A DNA stretch of 64,000 bases from Candidatus Latescibacterota bacterium (GTDB taxonomy: Bacteria > Latescibacterota > UBA2968 > GCA-2709665). Shown here piece by piece: positions 29,122-37,844 of the stretch. The stretch is from NCBI GenBank assembly GCA_965219455.1, contig OZ244744.1:768001-832000 (forward strand). The letters are read 5' to 3'. A program made the translations under genes and the position numbers. Under the pieces are notes generated by a model. It had not been told where the DNA came from and did no database searches. It was given only the letters and a program-made list of their open reading frames with translations. Numbering within the stretch: the stretch's first letter is position 1; every line of letters begins with the position of its first letter.

Positions 29122-29586
29122 ATGGACAGTTGTAAACAGGCTTGTGCGCTCGCCATCGCCGTCGCCACACTTTTCGTCTCGGCGGTACCGTCGCAGGCGC
29201 AGGAGAAAACGAAGGACTTCCTCTACTCCAAGAAACTCTACGGAGCGCTGTCACTCGGGGCAAGCATCTGGTTCTTCAAGGAGGCGCACGACGCCAGGAA
29301 GGACGCGAACAACGCATACGAGAGGTACAGAACCACAACATCCTCCCAGACGGCTGGAGACCTTTACAACGAAAGCAAATCCGGCGACACCAAAGCGCTC
29401 GTCCTGATTGGCCTGGGTGCAGGTACCCTGGCGTACTCGGTCCATCTTTTTCTTTCGGATGAAGAAGAGGACCTGCCGCCCCCCGAAAAGAGAAACAACA
29501 TGGTCGAAATGAGAGGCATAGGCCTGGCCGTGAATGGAGACCTCAACGGCAGGGGCGTCCGATTGAACCTCAACAAAGCATTTTAG
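29122..29586 (+). CDS. Hypothetical exported/membrane protein
   Basis: GGAGG RBS, signal peptide (AxA), two hydrophobic segments, and a C-terminal beta-strand ending in F. Confidence 0.75.
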   Translation: MDSCKQACALAIAVATLFVSAVPSQAQEKTKDFLYSKKLYGALSLGASIWFFKEAHDARKDANNAYERYRTTTSSQTAGDLYNESKSGDTKALVLIGLGAGTLAYSVHLFLSDEEEDLPPPEKRNNMVEMRGIGLAVNGDLNGRGVRLNLNKAF

Positions 29587-29808
29587 CAACGACCTCCGCT
29601 CTCACGCGCCCCCTTTCGAGACCTCCTTGTAGCGGAAAAGTGGGCCGCCGGACGGGGCCGCAGCAGATACCATGCGCAAGTCCTCTACTGTGAATAGCCG
29701 CTGCGATTCCTATCTCCCGTCCTCGCGCGATCTCGCTCCGCGTAGTCTAGTCCATCGTTCCAAGCATAAGCCCACCCGCCGAACGATCGCCGCTTTGAAT
29801 GGAACGGT

Positions 29809-30096
29809 ATGTTCGATTGGGATCCAGCCAAGGCAGCGAGCAATTTACGGAAGCACACGGTCAGCTTCGAACTCGCCGCCACGGTCTTCCGGGATCCGCT
29901 CTCGCAGTCAATTCCCGACGAGGATCACAGTGAGTTCGAGGAGCGCTGGATAACCATGGGTTGCGCTCAGGACGGTCGGCTGGTGGTGGTGTGTCATACT
30001 GATGCCGAGTCAGGCGACCGCGAGACATTGGTGCGGCTCATCTCGGCGCGCGTCGCCACCCCTAACGAACGTCGTCAATACGAGTCTGGCGAATGA
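29809..30096 (+). CDS. brnT: BrnT family type II toxin (ribonuclease)
   Basis: FDWDPAKAASNLRKH.VSF..A..VF.DP, HS..EERW..G, LVVVCHT, RLISAR.AT..ERRQY. Confidence 0.92.
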   Translation: MFDWDPAKAASNLRKHTVSFELAATVFRDPLSQSIPDEDHSEFEERWITMGCAQDGRLVVVCHTDAESGDRETLVRLISARVATPNERRQYESGE

Positions 30097-32014
30097 AGAC
30101 AGAATACGACTTTTCGAAAGGCGAGCGCGGTAGATTTTTCCGCGAGAATGCCAAGCTGAGCTTTTCCGCTTTCGACGAGAAACCGAATTGGATCGGCCTC
30201 ACAGGGCAGATCGCTAAGTTCATTGTCGAGGAGGCGGAAAGAACTCTCGAATCGTACCGCGCGCAGCCACGTCTAGTAACCGAGCATGCCAACCTCGAAC
30301 ACGATACCGCTCATGGTGGATATGCCCATCGGCAATTGTTCGAACTCGTTCAGAACAGCGCGGACGCCTTGCTCGACGCGCCAAAAGGCAGGAGCATCCT
30401 GATCCGCCTGACGAAACGCTTCCTCTACTGTGCCGACGATGGAAAATCTATCGACGAGGACGGAATCGTGGGTCTAATGTTCGACCGCATGTCGAGCAAA
30501 CGGAACACCCCCGCGATCGGAAGGTTCGGTAAGGGTTTCAAATCGGTCTTGAGAGTAACGGATGCTCCCGAGTTCTACAGCCGGTCTGGTTCGTTCTTGT
30601 TCAACAAAACGCGCTCGGCGAAACGAATAGCGGACGTCGCGCAAGCCGAAGGATACCCTGTGCTGCGTTTGCCCGAACCGATCGATCCCTACAATGAGAG
30701 TGATACCGACGCGGAAATGCAGGAACTGATGAGTTGGGCGACGAACATCGTCCGCCTGCCGCTAGAGCCCGGTGTGCATGACGACCTCGCCCAACAGATC
30801 AGAGACTTTCCGCCCGAATTTTTGCTTTTCGTCGATCATGTCCGTTATCTGACCCTTGAGGATGGGGAAGTTTCCCGGAGCTTCATCTTGCAGGATCGGC
30901 AGGGGGAGTTTCATCTCGATACCGGCGAAGGGACTTCGCGTTGGCGGCTTTTCAAAACAACCCATGCGCTTTCTTCCGAAGCACGGAGCGACTGGGGCTT
31001 GGACGAAGGCAGCGGCAACGTGCCGATCTCGTGGGCGGCACCGCTGGATCGATTGGATCGCCCCGGACATTTCTGGGCGTTCTTCCCGACCAAGACCGCA
31101 AGCCTCCTTGCCGGTATCCTGAATGCGCCATGGAAAACCAATGAAGATCGTCAAGATCTGCTGCCTGGACCGTATAACGACGAACTGATCGAAATGGCGG
31201 CACGGCTGATAGCCGACGAATTGCCAAGACTCGCGACTCAGTTAGACCCTGCTTGCCATTTGGACGCACTGCCTCGCAGACAAGAGTCTGGTGACTCGGA
31301 GCAGAGTGTTCTGCTTCGCAACCGTTTGTTTGCCCATCTGCGCAAACGAGAAATCGTACCCGATCAGAAAGGAAAGTTGCGCACCTAGGGGGAAATCTTA
31401 TATCCCCCCAGGAAATTGACCGACGCCTCGGACAAGGCGCCATTTATGCGCTGGTCAGCGTATCCGGGGCGACCATCGAATTGGCTGCACCATGAAGCCC
31501 TCACGCGCAACGGTCTCGCTAGCATCGACCGGTTGTTTCCCTCGCGTTGGCAGGGAGACTCAGCGACCGCACCCAGGGCCACAATCGCCGAATGGTTAAG
31601 TTCGCTCGTGAGAGACCGGAAGGCGGACGAAGCTGTCCAAGCTTCAATGGCAGCTATCCAGACGGCCGCGAACATTCCACCTGATATAAGGTCTCACGAA
31701 GTACTTGGCGACATCGTCCTGACGGCAAGCGGCCATTGGCGATCCCCCGACCCGGAACAGCTCTTTCTGCCTCACGAGTCGGAAAATGGCCACGAGTCCG
31801 TGAAACCGACGTTGTGTGTCCACCCGAAACTGGCGTCGGACCATAATACGCTCGCAGGGCTTAGGAAATTGGGCCTTAGACCGCCGTCCCCGGAAAGGAG
31901 ATTCCGCTGATCGGCGGCGGCGACCGCTGCCTGATCCTCAACGTTCGAGACAACATCGAGAACTTCGACCGGAAGCTTGCCTTCACCGAGTTGGATTGGC
32001 TTTGGGCCTTATAG
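30093..32014 (+). pseudogene. BrnA-like antitoxin N-terminus fused to a sacsin-like GHKL ATPase (probable SF2 helicase fusion), disrupted
   Basis: Starts MKTEYDFSKGERGRFF, then GHKL motifs ELVQNSADA, ADDG, IGRFGKGFKSV. In-frame TAG at 31386-31388; the same frame continues to 31910. A 37-aa helicase-like C-terminus (GGGDRCLILNVRDNIENF...LDWLWAL) follows in another frame at 31901-32014. The 431-aa ORF 30093-31388 could still be expressed. Confidence 0.75.
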
Positions 32015-32276
32015 ACACAATCTTGAGTCCCCTCCGAAAAGGGCGGCTATGAAGGTTTCGTGTTATCCCTTTACTGTCCGAGAACCGTTGGAATTTTAGA
32101 CATGACGTTTGAAAAATAGCCAAATGGGCGCCTATGGACACACGTGCTGTTAGCCCTAAGATAACCGAGTATTGATGTTGCTGAGCAAATTGGCGTTCTT
32201 GACCTATGGTGTGGTTGATTGTTGTATCAGTGTTGCGTGTTTTGGCCGCGAATTTCCTGCCGCGATCCATGCAATC

Positions 32277-32308
32277 GAAAGCCGATATCCTGCGATGTCG
32301 GCTTTCGC
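32277..32308. terminator. Strong hairpin, possible terminator at the right edge of the island
   Basis: CGAAAGCCGATATC-ctgc-GATGTCGGCTTTCG, a 14-bp stem with one G-U pair. Confidence 0.45.
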
Positions 32309-32514
32309 GTTTCCGTAACCGGAGCTTTTCACCCTCGCTCATTCGGCTGGTTTGCGTTTTGAACACCGTCACCCGGTTGGGAAGCCGCGATGTTGAAATG
32401 GGCTATTGACGGATTGACGGCGAGTTCTTAATGTTCCGAGTGTAGACGCCACGCTTTCCCCGATTCTACCGTCGCGAAACACGGATCGGACGGGACACTG
32501 GGATAGGGTTTCCA

Positions 32515-32676
32515 ATGCGCCTGCTTGCTCGCACCCTTCAACTTGCCGGTCTCATCTATATGGGGTACGGCCTTTTTGTCGGCCTGTACGAAGAGGACAT
32601 CGGCCGGGAGGTACGCTTTGCAGTCATCGGCGGTCTGATGTTCGTGGCTGGCTGGCTGCTGCAGAGACGCGTCTGA
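32515..32676 (+). CDS. Small 53-aa two-TM membrane protein
   Basis: Below the ORF-track cutoff. MRLLARTLQLAGLIYMGYGLFVGLYEEDIGREVRFAVIGGLMFVAGWLLQRRV has two hydrophobic helices, an acidic loop and basic termini. Confidence 0.7.
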   Translation: MRLLARTLQLAGLIYMGYGLFVGLYEEDIGREVRFAVIGGLMFVAGWLLQRRV

Positions 32677-32757
32677 ATCGGAATATTCGGGCTGGCCACC
32701 GATCGGATATCTTAATTAAAATCGCCGTTAACGCGCGGCGCCCCCGTCTGAAATTGC

Positions 32758-32786
32758 TTGACAAAGTGAAGCCCGGAACCTAACCT
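32758..32786 (+). promoter_or_regulatory. Putative sigma70 promoter
   Basis: TTGACA-N17-TAACCT. Confidence 0.55.
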
Positions 32787-32907
32787 CAACAGAGACGTCA
32801 CCGGTAGTTCGGGACCGGCTGAATCGCGGACACCGAATTTAGCGTTAGCTACAACGCCATCCGCTACCCGCCGAGCCCGAAGCCACCGGACTGTTGCAGA
32901 ATGGAAT

Positions 32908-33384
32908 ATGAATTCGCCGAAAAAGGAGACCACTCGCGTGGCCAGGCAACGACGCAGACAGATGTCGGTTCTGTTTATACCCGATGACGGTTCGCGCACT
33001 GTGGTGTTCAAACTCGGTTACTGGACGCTAAGGGCGGCAGCCGGCGCACTCATGCTGCTGCTCACCATGCTGGTCCTGGAATTCGCCTTTTTCTGGAAGA
33101 TTCAGGAGTGGAGACAGTCGGCACAGACACTCAAGGAAGAAAACAGCAGGCTGAACGCGGAAGTCGCCCGCGTTGAAGAACTGGCGCTCACGCTGAAGCG
33201 AATCCAGGAAACCGATCAGAAACTGCGCCAGATGCTGTTGCCCAATGCCGGATTGGCGCCGGCCGCCTATCCGAATCCAATGTCATCCGGACGCCAGGCG
33301 GAGAATGGAAGTGAAGGTGTGTCCGTCGCCAACGCAGCGAAGCGCTCTTCCGGGTCCCCTCGCGATTCAGTAGACGCCAGATGA
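32908..33384 (+). CDS. Membrane-anchored coiled-coil protein resembling the N-terminal half of M23 peptidases, with no catalytic domain
   Basis: SVLFIPDDGSRT beta-hairpin, TM helix and coiled coil; upstream of bactofilin. No HxxxD/HxH motifs. Confidence 0.7.
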   Translation: MNSPKKETTRVARQRRRQMSVLFIPDDGSRTVVFKLGYWTLRAAAGALMLLLTMLVLEFAFFWKIQEWRQSAQTLKEENSRLNAEVARVEELALTLKRIQETDQKLRQMLLPNAGLAPAAYPNPMSSGRQAENGSEGVSVANAAKRSSGSPRDSVDAR

Positions 33385-33516
33385 ATTCGGGATATCCCGA
33401 TACATTCAGTTGGATTCTTCAGTCGTCTCACCGGGCCAACTGTCCGTTCCGGGGGAGCCCCAAACCCATAAGACAATCTTCCTGAACAAGGGGAACACTC
33501 ACAAGCGGACATAGGC

Positions 33517-33939
33517 ATGTTAGGGTTCAAACAAAAGCTGGAAAAGGAAGCCATCAAGACGGTGATTGGCAAAAACACAGTTATGGAAGGTTCTTTTAAT
33601 ACCGACGAGAGCGTCAGGTTGGACGGAACGCTCAAGGGCGAGTTGCACGCCTTGGGCACCCTCGTCATCGGGCCTTCCGGAAAGGTCGACGCCACAATCG
33701 TTCGCGTCAGGGACGCGGTGATTGGCGGTAAGGTCACGGGCAGACTGGAGGCCGAGGGATGTGTTAAGCTGGAAGCCAGTGCCGTTTTCACGGGAGACAT
33801 CGCCGCACGCTCGATTATTGTGGAAGAAGGAGCCATCATCAAGGGGAAGTGCGCCGCCGGAGACGAAAATCAATCATCAAGGGTGGTTGACACACAGGAG
33901 TCCCTCCCTGCCGAAACAGAAGAAGAAACGTCGAACTGA
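33517..33939 (+). CDS. Bactofilin (polymer-forming cytoskeletal protein)
   Basis: TVIGKNTVMEG...RLDG.LKG...LVIG.SG.V...IGG.V.G...GDI...VEEGA.IKG beta-helix repeats. Confidence 0.93.
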   Translation: MLGFKQKLEKEAIKTVIGKNTVMEGSFNTDESVRLDGTLKGELHALGTLVIGPSGKVDATIVRVRDAVIGGKVTGRLEAEGCVKLEASAVFTGDIAARSIIVEEGAIIKGKCAAGDENQSSRVVDTQESLPAETEEETSN

Positions 33940-33974
33940 TCGTCAGGCGCATCCAAAGACTACGGTTCTACATG

Positions 33975-34020
33975 AAAAACAGGCGTTCGCGGTTCCTATC
34001 CGCAAACGCCTGTTTCATTT
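33975..34020. terminator. Bidirectional intrinsic terminator between the convergent bactofilin and hflX genes
   Basis: AAACAGGCGTT...AACGCCTGTTT stem flanked by A and T runs. Confidence 0.7.
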
Positions 34021-34093
34021 GGCCGGGTTCAATCTCCAACGTCCCAATCCGGCGTCCGGTCCGAATTTCGGCCGGACCGGCACGATCTTCAAT

Positions 34094-35395
34094 TCAACGC
34101 TTAATCCGATACCTTCCGCCCGGCAAGATCCGCCTGGCGTTTTGAAGGCTCAGCTTGATCTCCAGAAACACATCGTTTCCCTCATAGGCCGTACTTAGAA
34201 TTTCGCCCACACGATACAGATCCGAAAGGAGCTTTCCTTCCGCCTGAGGAATGCGCAAATGCATCACCGTACGCTCGCCCTCGAGACGGTCGTAAATCGC
34301 CCAACGCAGATCGTCCAACCCCCGGGCCTCTTGTGCCGAGATCCAGATGCCGTCGGGGAATTCGGCCTGCAGACGCCTTTGCATTCCCGGGCCGTGAAAC
34401 CGATCGATCTTGTTGAAAGCCATCAACGTGGGGAACTCCGCAATACCCAGTTCCTGGAGCGTTTCATACACTGCCGCAATCTGCTCCTCGCACTTGGGAT
34501 GGCTCACATCTACAACATGCAATAACAGGTCCGCATCCATAGCCTCTTCGAGGGTACTCCTGAAGGAGGCAACAAGGTGATGAGGCAGCTTCCGTATGAA
34601 CCCGACCGTGTCGGTAAGTAAAATCTCCCGATTGTACCCCAGATATACTTTGCGGGTCGTTGAGTCCAGCGTTGCAAACAAGCGGTCTTCCACCAACACG
34701 TCGGCACCGGAAAGCGCGCGCATCAACGTTGATTTTCCGGCATTTGTATAGCCGACCAGGGAGATACGGAATGTATCCGTACGCTGTTTGCGCCCCAGTA
34801 CGCGCCGCCGGGCGATCCTGTTCAACGCTTTGGTCAATGTCCCGATACGACTCCGCAGCGCCCGGCGGTCCACCTCCAGCTGAGTCTCTCCCGGTCCCCG
34901 CGTTCCTATTCCGCCCGTTGTCCCGCCGTGGCCGGCCTGGCGCGACAGATGCGTCCATTGACGCGTCAGACGCGGCAGTAGATAGTTGAGCTGTGCCAAT
35001 TCCACCTGGGTCTGGGCCTCGTGGGTTTTCGCGCGACCGGCGAAAATATCCAGAATCAGTCGGCTCCTGTCGATCACGTTGACTCCCGCCAGTTCCTCCA
35101 GATTCTTGTACTGGGCAGGTGACAGGTCGTCGTCGAAAATCACCACCTGCGCATTCAGCTGCCTTACGCGGAGCGCCAGTTCCTCAGCCTTGCCCCGACC
35201 AATAAAAAAAGCCGGATCGATGCTTTCTCGCTTCTGCACCATCCGGTCCACAACCTGCGCGCCCGCCGTATCAGCGAGCAACGCAAGTTCATTCAACGTG
35301 TCGTCTGTATCCCAGGATGAATTGCCAGGAAGCGCCATCCCCACCAGAATTGCACGTTCCACTTCCCTGGTTGTGATTATCTCATGCACTGCCAA
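34094..35395 (-). CDS. hflX: GTPase HflX
   Basis: LILDIF, QVELAQL.Y.LPRL, GPGETQLE, GYTNAGKST, LFATLD, DTVGFI, NKID. Confidence 0.97.
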   Translation of the reverse strand: MAVHEIITTREVERAILVGMALPGNSSWDTDDTLNELALLADTAGAQVVDRMVQKRESIDPAFFIGRGKAEELALRVRQLNAQVVIFDDDLSPAQYKNLEELAGVNVIDRSRLILDIFAGRAKTHEAQTQVELAQLNYLLPRLTRQWTHLSRQAGHGGTTGGIGTRGPGETQLEVDRRALRSRIGTLTKALNRIARRRVLGRKQRTDTFRISLVGYTNAGKSTLMRALSGADVLVEDRLFATLDSTTRKVYLGYNREILLTDTVGFIRKLPHHLVASFRSTLEEAMDADLLLHVVDVSHPKCEEQIAAVYETLQELGIAEFPTLMAFNKIDRFHGPGMQRRLQAEFPDGIWISAQEARGLDDLRWAIYDRLEGERTVMHLRIPQAEGKLLSDLYRVGEILSTAYEGNDVFLEIKLSLQNARRILPGGRYRIKR

Positions 35396-35443
35396 TCAAT
35401 AAATCTCCTTCCGAGCAGGCACAGGCGTACCGGGCGCCACACC

Positions 35444-36220
35444 CTATTTTCGAGATTCGGATTTTCGGTCCGCCCTGGGCGAAAGCGCCCGGAGCTGATC
35501 CCGAAGCTGCGCGGCTCGTTCAAAATCTTCAATGGCAACAGCCTCGCTGAGTTGCTCTTTGAGGTCCTGAAATAGAGGCCTGGGCCGATCCTTGCGAATC
35601 TCTTCCGCCCATTCCTTCAAAAATACGACCTCTTCGCTGTCTTCCACCAGGTCGGGCCGGTCGTAATCTTTAAAAAAGCCCTGGATCTCTTCGATACCGT
35701 TGTTGATTTCACGGAGCGCCCGATCGAAATTCTCCGCCTCCAATTCCTGCAGAACGACCGCACGCACGCGATGCCCGATCACGAAGGGTCTGTATTGCTC
35801 GAGAACCATACTATCCTCTTCTTCACGCGCGTATTCCTTGACAAAATCGAACATGTCGAGATTTCGCTGAGCGTCATCCTGGGCAAGTCGATATTCTCCC
35901 AGTTCCAGAAAGCTGATCCGCCGATGGTAATACTGGAGCCCTTCAACCTGAAGTGCAAGGCAAACGTCGGGATCGAGGTTAAATGACTTCGAATCCCTCG
36001 ACGAAGACCCCACTTTTGCCTTGTAGTAGTGGAGCAACGACTCATGTCCGTGAGGACGCTGCCCGTCCGGGCGGCCGGCGACGTCCATCTGCAATATCCC
36101 CATCTCCACCCGGAGTTGGATTTTTTCCTTGTCATCCCTCCCCTTTATTCTCCTGACACAGAGTTTATCGGGCTCGTATGGCCAGCTATCGAGAAGAGGC
36201 TGAATGTCATCCATCCCCAT
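35444..36220 (-). CDS. UvrB/UvrC motif-containing protein
   Basis: IQLR..MG.LQM...GRPDG, EG.QYYHR and a C-terminal AVAIEDFERAAQLRD motif; GGAGG RBS. Confidence 0.85.
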   Translation of the reverse strand: MGMDDIQPLLDSWPYEPDKLCVRRIKGRDDKEKIQLRVEMGILQMDVAGRPDGQRPHGHESLLHYYKAKVGSSSRDSKSFNLDPDVCLALQVEGLQYYHRRISFLELGEYRLAQDDAQRNLDMFDFVKEYAREEEDSMVLEQYRPFVIGHRVRAVVLQELEAENFDRALREINNGIEEIQGFFKDYDRPDLVEDSEEVVFLKEWAEEIRKDRPRPLFQDLKEQLSEAVAIEDFERAAQLRDQLRALSPRADRKSESRK

Positions 36221-36351
36221 AGGCGTCATCCTCCGGATTCCCACCTGAGCTTGCAATAGAACCGTTATGCCGGGTCCCTCTGTGATTTTACCACAACGCC
36301 TCCCCGTTGTCAAGGTTTTTGACCCTGTAAATCCAGCAAGCACAGACCGCC

Positions 36352-37647
36352 CTAAAGTGCTGCAACGACCGATTTGACCGCTCCACGCACCAGGTTCAAC
36401 TCTTCCTCTCCATGGGTCAGTCCCACGTACCAGCGGCCATCGGGCAACAATTGAACGCCCGCCTCCAGCATGCCTGTCCGGAATCGCGTGTACAGCGCCA
36501 TATCCGTCGCTTTCAGGTCCCGATATTGCACGGGCAGAGACACAACGCCAAAATGAACGTTAAAGACCGTGCCCACTCCCGAAATGCAGACCGGGATTCC
36601 CCGTGTAGCCGCGGCCGCTTCAATCGCCTGGCGAATCGCATACCCATGCGCATGCATCTGGTGAAAGAGCCGGGGATTGGCGCTCAAGATCCTGACCGTC
36701 GCAAGCCCCGCGGCAAGATTTACCGTGCTACCGTTATAAGTTCCCGCGTGGATCGTCGCACCGTCCCGGAGCACGTCGAACATCATCCGGGACCCCGCCA
36801 CCGCGGAAAGTGTAAAACCTCCGGCCAACGCCTTTGCGTAGACCGAAAGATCGGGGATAACGTTGAAATATTCCCGTGCGCCGCCCAAGGCAAGACGAAA
36901 CCCGGTAATGACCTCGTCAAATATCGAAACCGCGCCATTGCTTCGACAAAGTTCGACCATCCCCGTCAGGAACCCATCTGCAGGCATGATGGATCCGGAG
37001 TTGGCCAGCACCGGCTCGGTGATCACCGCTGCAATCTCCGCACCTCGTTCGGCGAACAGGTTTTCCAATAGGTCCAGGCGGTTCCAGGGCAGCGAGATTG
37101 TCTCCGCGTACTCGGCCGCCGGCTGTCCGCCGCACGCGCCTACCACCCTGGGGGCCTCCGGGCTGCCAAGGGCATCGTCGGATTCGTGGTAACTCACCAG
37201 TATATTATTCAACCATCCGTGGTAATGCCCCTCGAATTTGACGAACTTGGTCCGCCCGGTTGCCGCACGGGCAAGCCGCAGCGCCGCCTGAACGGCCTCG
37301 GAGCCCGTATTGGAAAAAATAACCTGGTCCACGCCCGGCAGCGTCTCCACCAGCAGTTTCGCAAACGCGACCTCTCCCGGATGCTGGGCGCCCAGGGTGT
37401 ATGAATTCTGAACCGCCGCCGTCACCGCCGCGTTCAACTCCGGGTGATTCGATCCCAGGATCAACGGCCCCCACGCCAGTGTATAGTCCAGCAATCTGTT
37501 CCCGTCCACGTCAACGTAGTACGGCCCCTCCGCACGCTCAAAGAATAGCGGCGGCGAGGTCACGGCGCGCCTCATCCCCGAAGACACCCCCATCGCGAGG
37601 TAACGGGAACTCGCTTCATAAAGCGCTGTGGATCGAACCGTATTCAT
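36352..37647 (-). CDS. Class III PLP aminotransferase (glutamate-1-semialdehyde aminomutase-like)
   Basis: DVDGN..DY..WGP.ILG, NTGSEA, KFEGHYHG, FDEVITGFR, AKALAGG, HAGTYNG. Confidence 0.9.
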   Translation of the reverse strand: MNTVRSTALYEASSRYLAMGVSSGMRRAVTSPPLFFERAEGPYYVDVDGNRLLDYTLAWGPLILGSNHPELNAAVTAAVQNSYTLGAQHPGEVAFAKLLVETLPGVDQVIFSNTGSEAVQAALRLARAATGRTKFVKFEGHYHGWLNNILVSYHESDDALGSPEAPRVVGACGGQPAAEYAETISLPWNRLDLLENLFAERGAEIAAVITEPVLANSGSIMPADGFLTGMVELCRSNGAVSIFDEVITGFRLALGGAREYFNVIPDLSVYAKALAGGFTLSAVAGSRMMFDVLRDGATIHAGTYNGSTVNLAAGLATVRILSANPRLFHQMHAHGYAIRQAIEAAAATRGIPVCISGVGTVFNVHFGVVSLPVQYRDLKATDMALYTRFRTGMLEAGVQLLPDGRWYVGLTHGEEELNLVRGAVKSVVAAL

Positions 37648-37678
37648 CGTGGATAATCCTCTCCATGCATCGGTCTGC

Positions 37679-37844
37679 TAACAGTCCGTTGATAAAGTCG
37701 CTCTGCAGGCGAGGCCGAGTCATTGTGACCGAAGACAAGGCGCGCGACCGCGTCGAATCGGGGGATTCGGGCAGGGAGTGCAACGCAGTAATTCGGCCAC
37801 AAGGGCCGGACGCAGCCCGGATGGACTTTTTCAACGGGCTGCTA
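37679..37844. mobile_element. MITE-like non-autonomous element (~166 bp)
   Basis: Terminal inverted repeats TAACAGTCCGTTGATAAAGTC / TAGCAGCCCGTTGAAAAAGTC (18/21 identical), no coding capacity, nested internal stems. Supplies the stop codon of the upstream gene. Confidence 0.7.

Noticed and set aside
31386-31388. In-frame TAG as programmed readthrough (pyrrolysine or recoding)
   Set aside because: TAG is a normal stop for many genes here, no pyl genes are in the window, and the gene appears to have a second lesion, so a nonsense mutation is simpler.
31983-32409. ORFs 31983-32372 (-) and 32206-32409 (+) in the AT-richer spacer
   Set aside because: No motifs, atypical composition, and they overlap a strong hairpin; probably non-coding.
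36352-37647. hemL assignment
   Set aside because: The family motifs fit but the sequence is divergent (GVSSGMR instead of GVNSPVR) and no hem genes are adjacent, so it is left as a class III aminotransferase.
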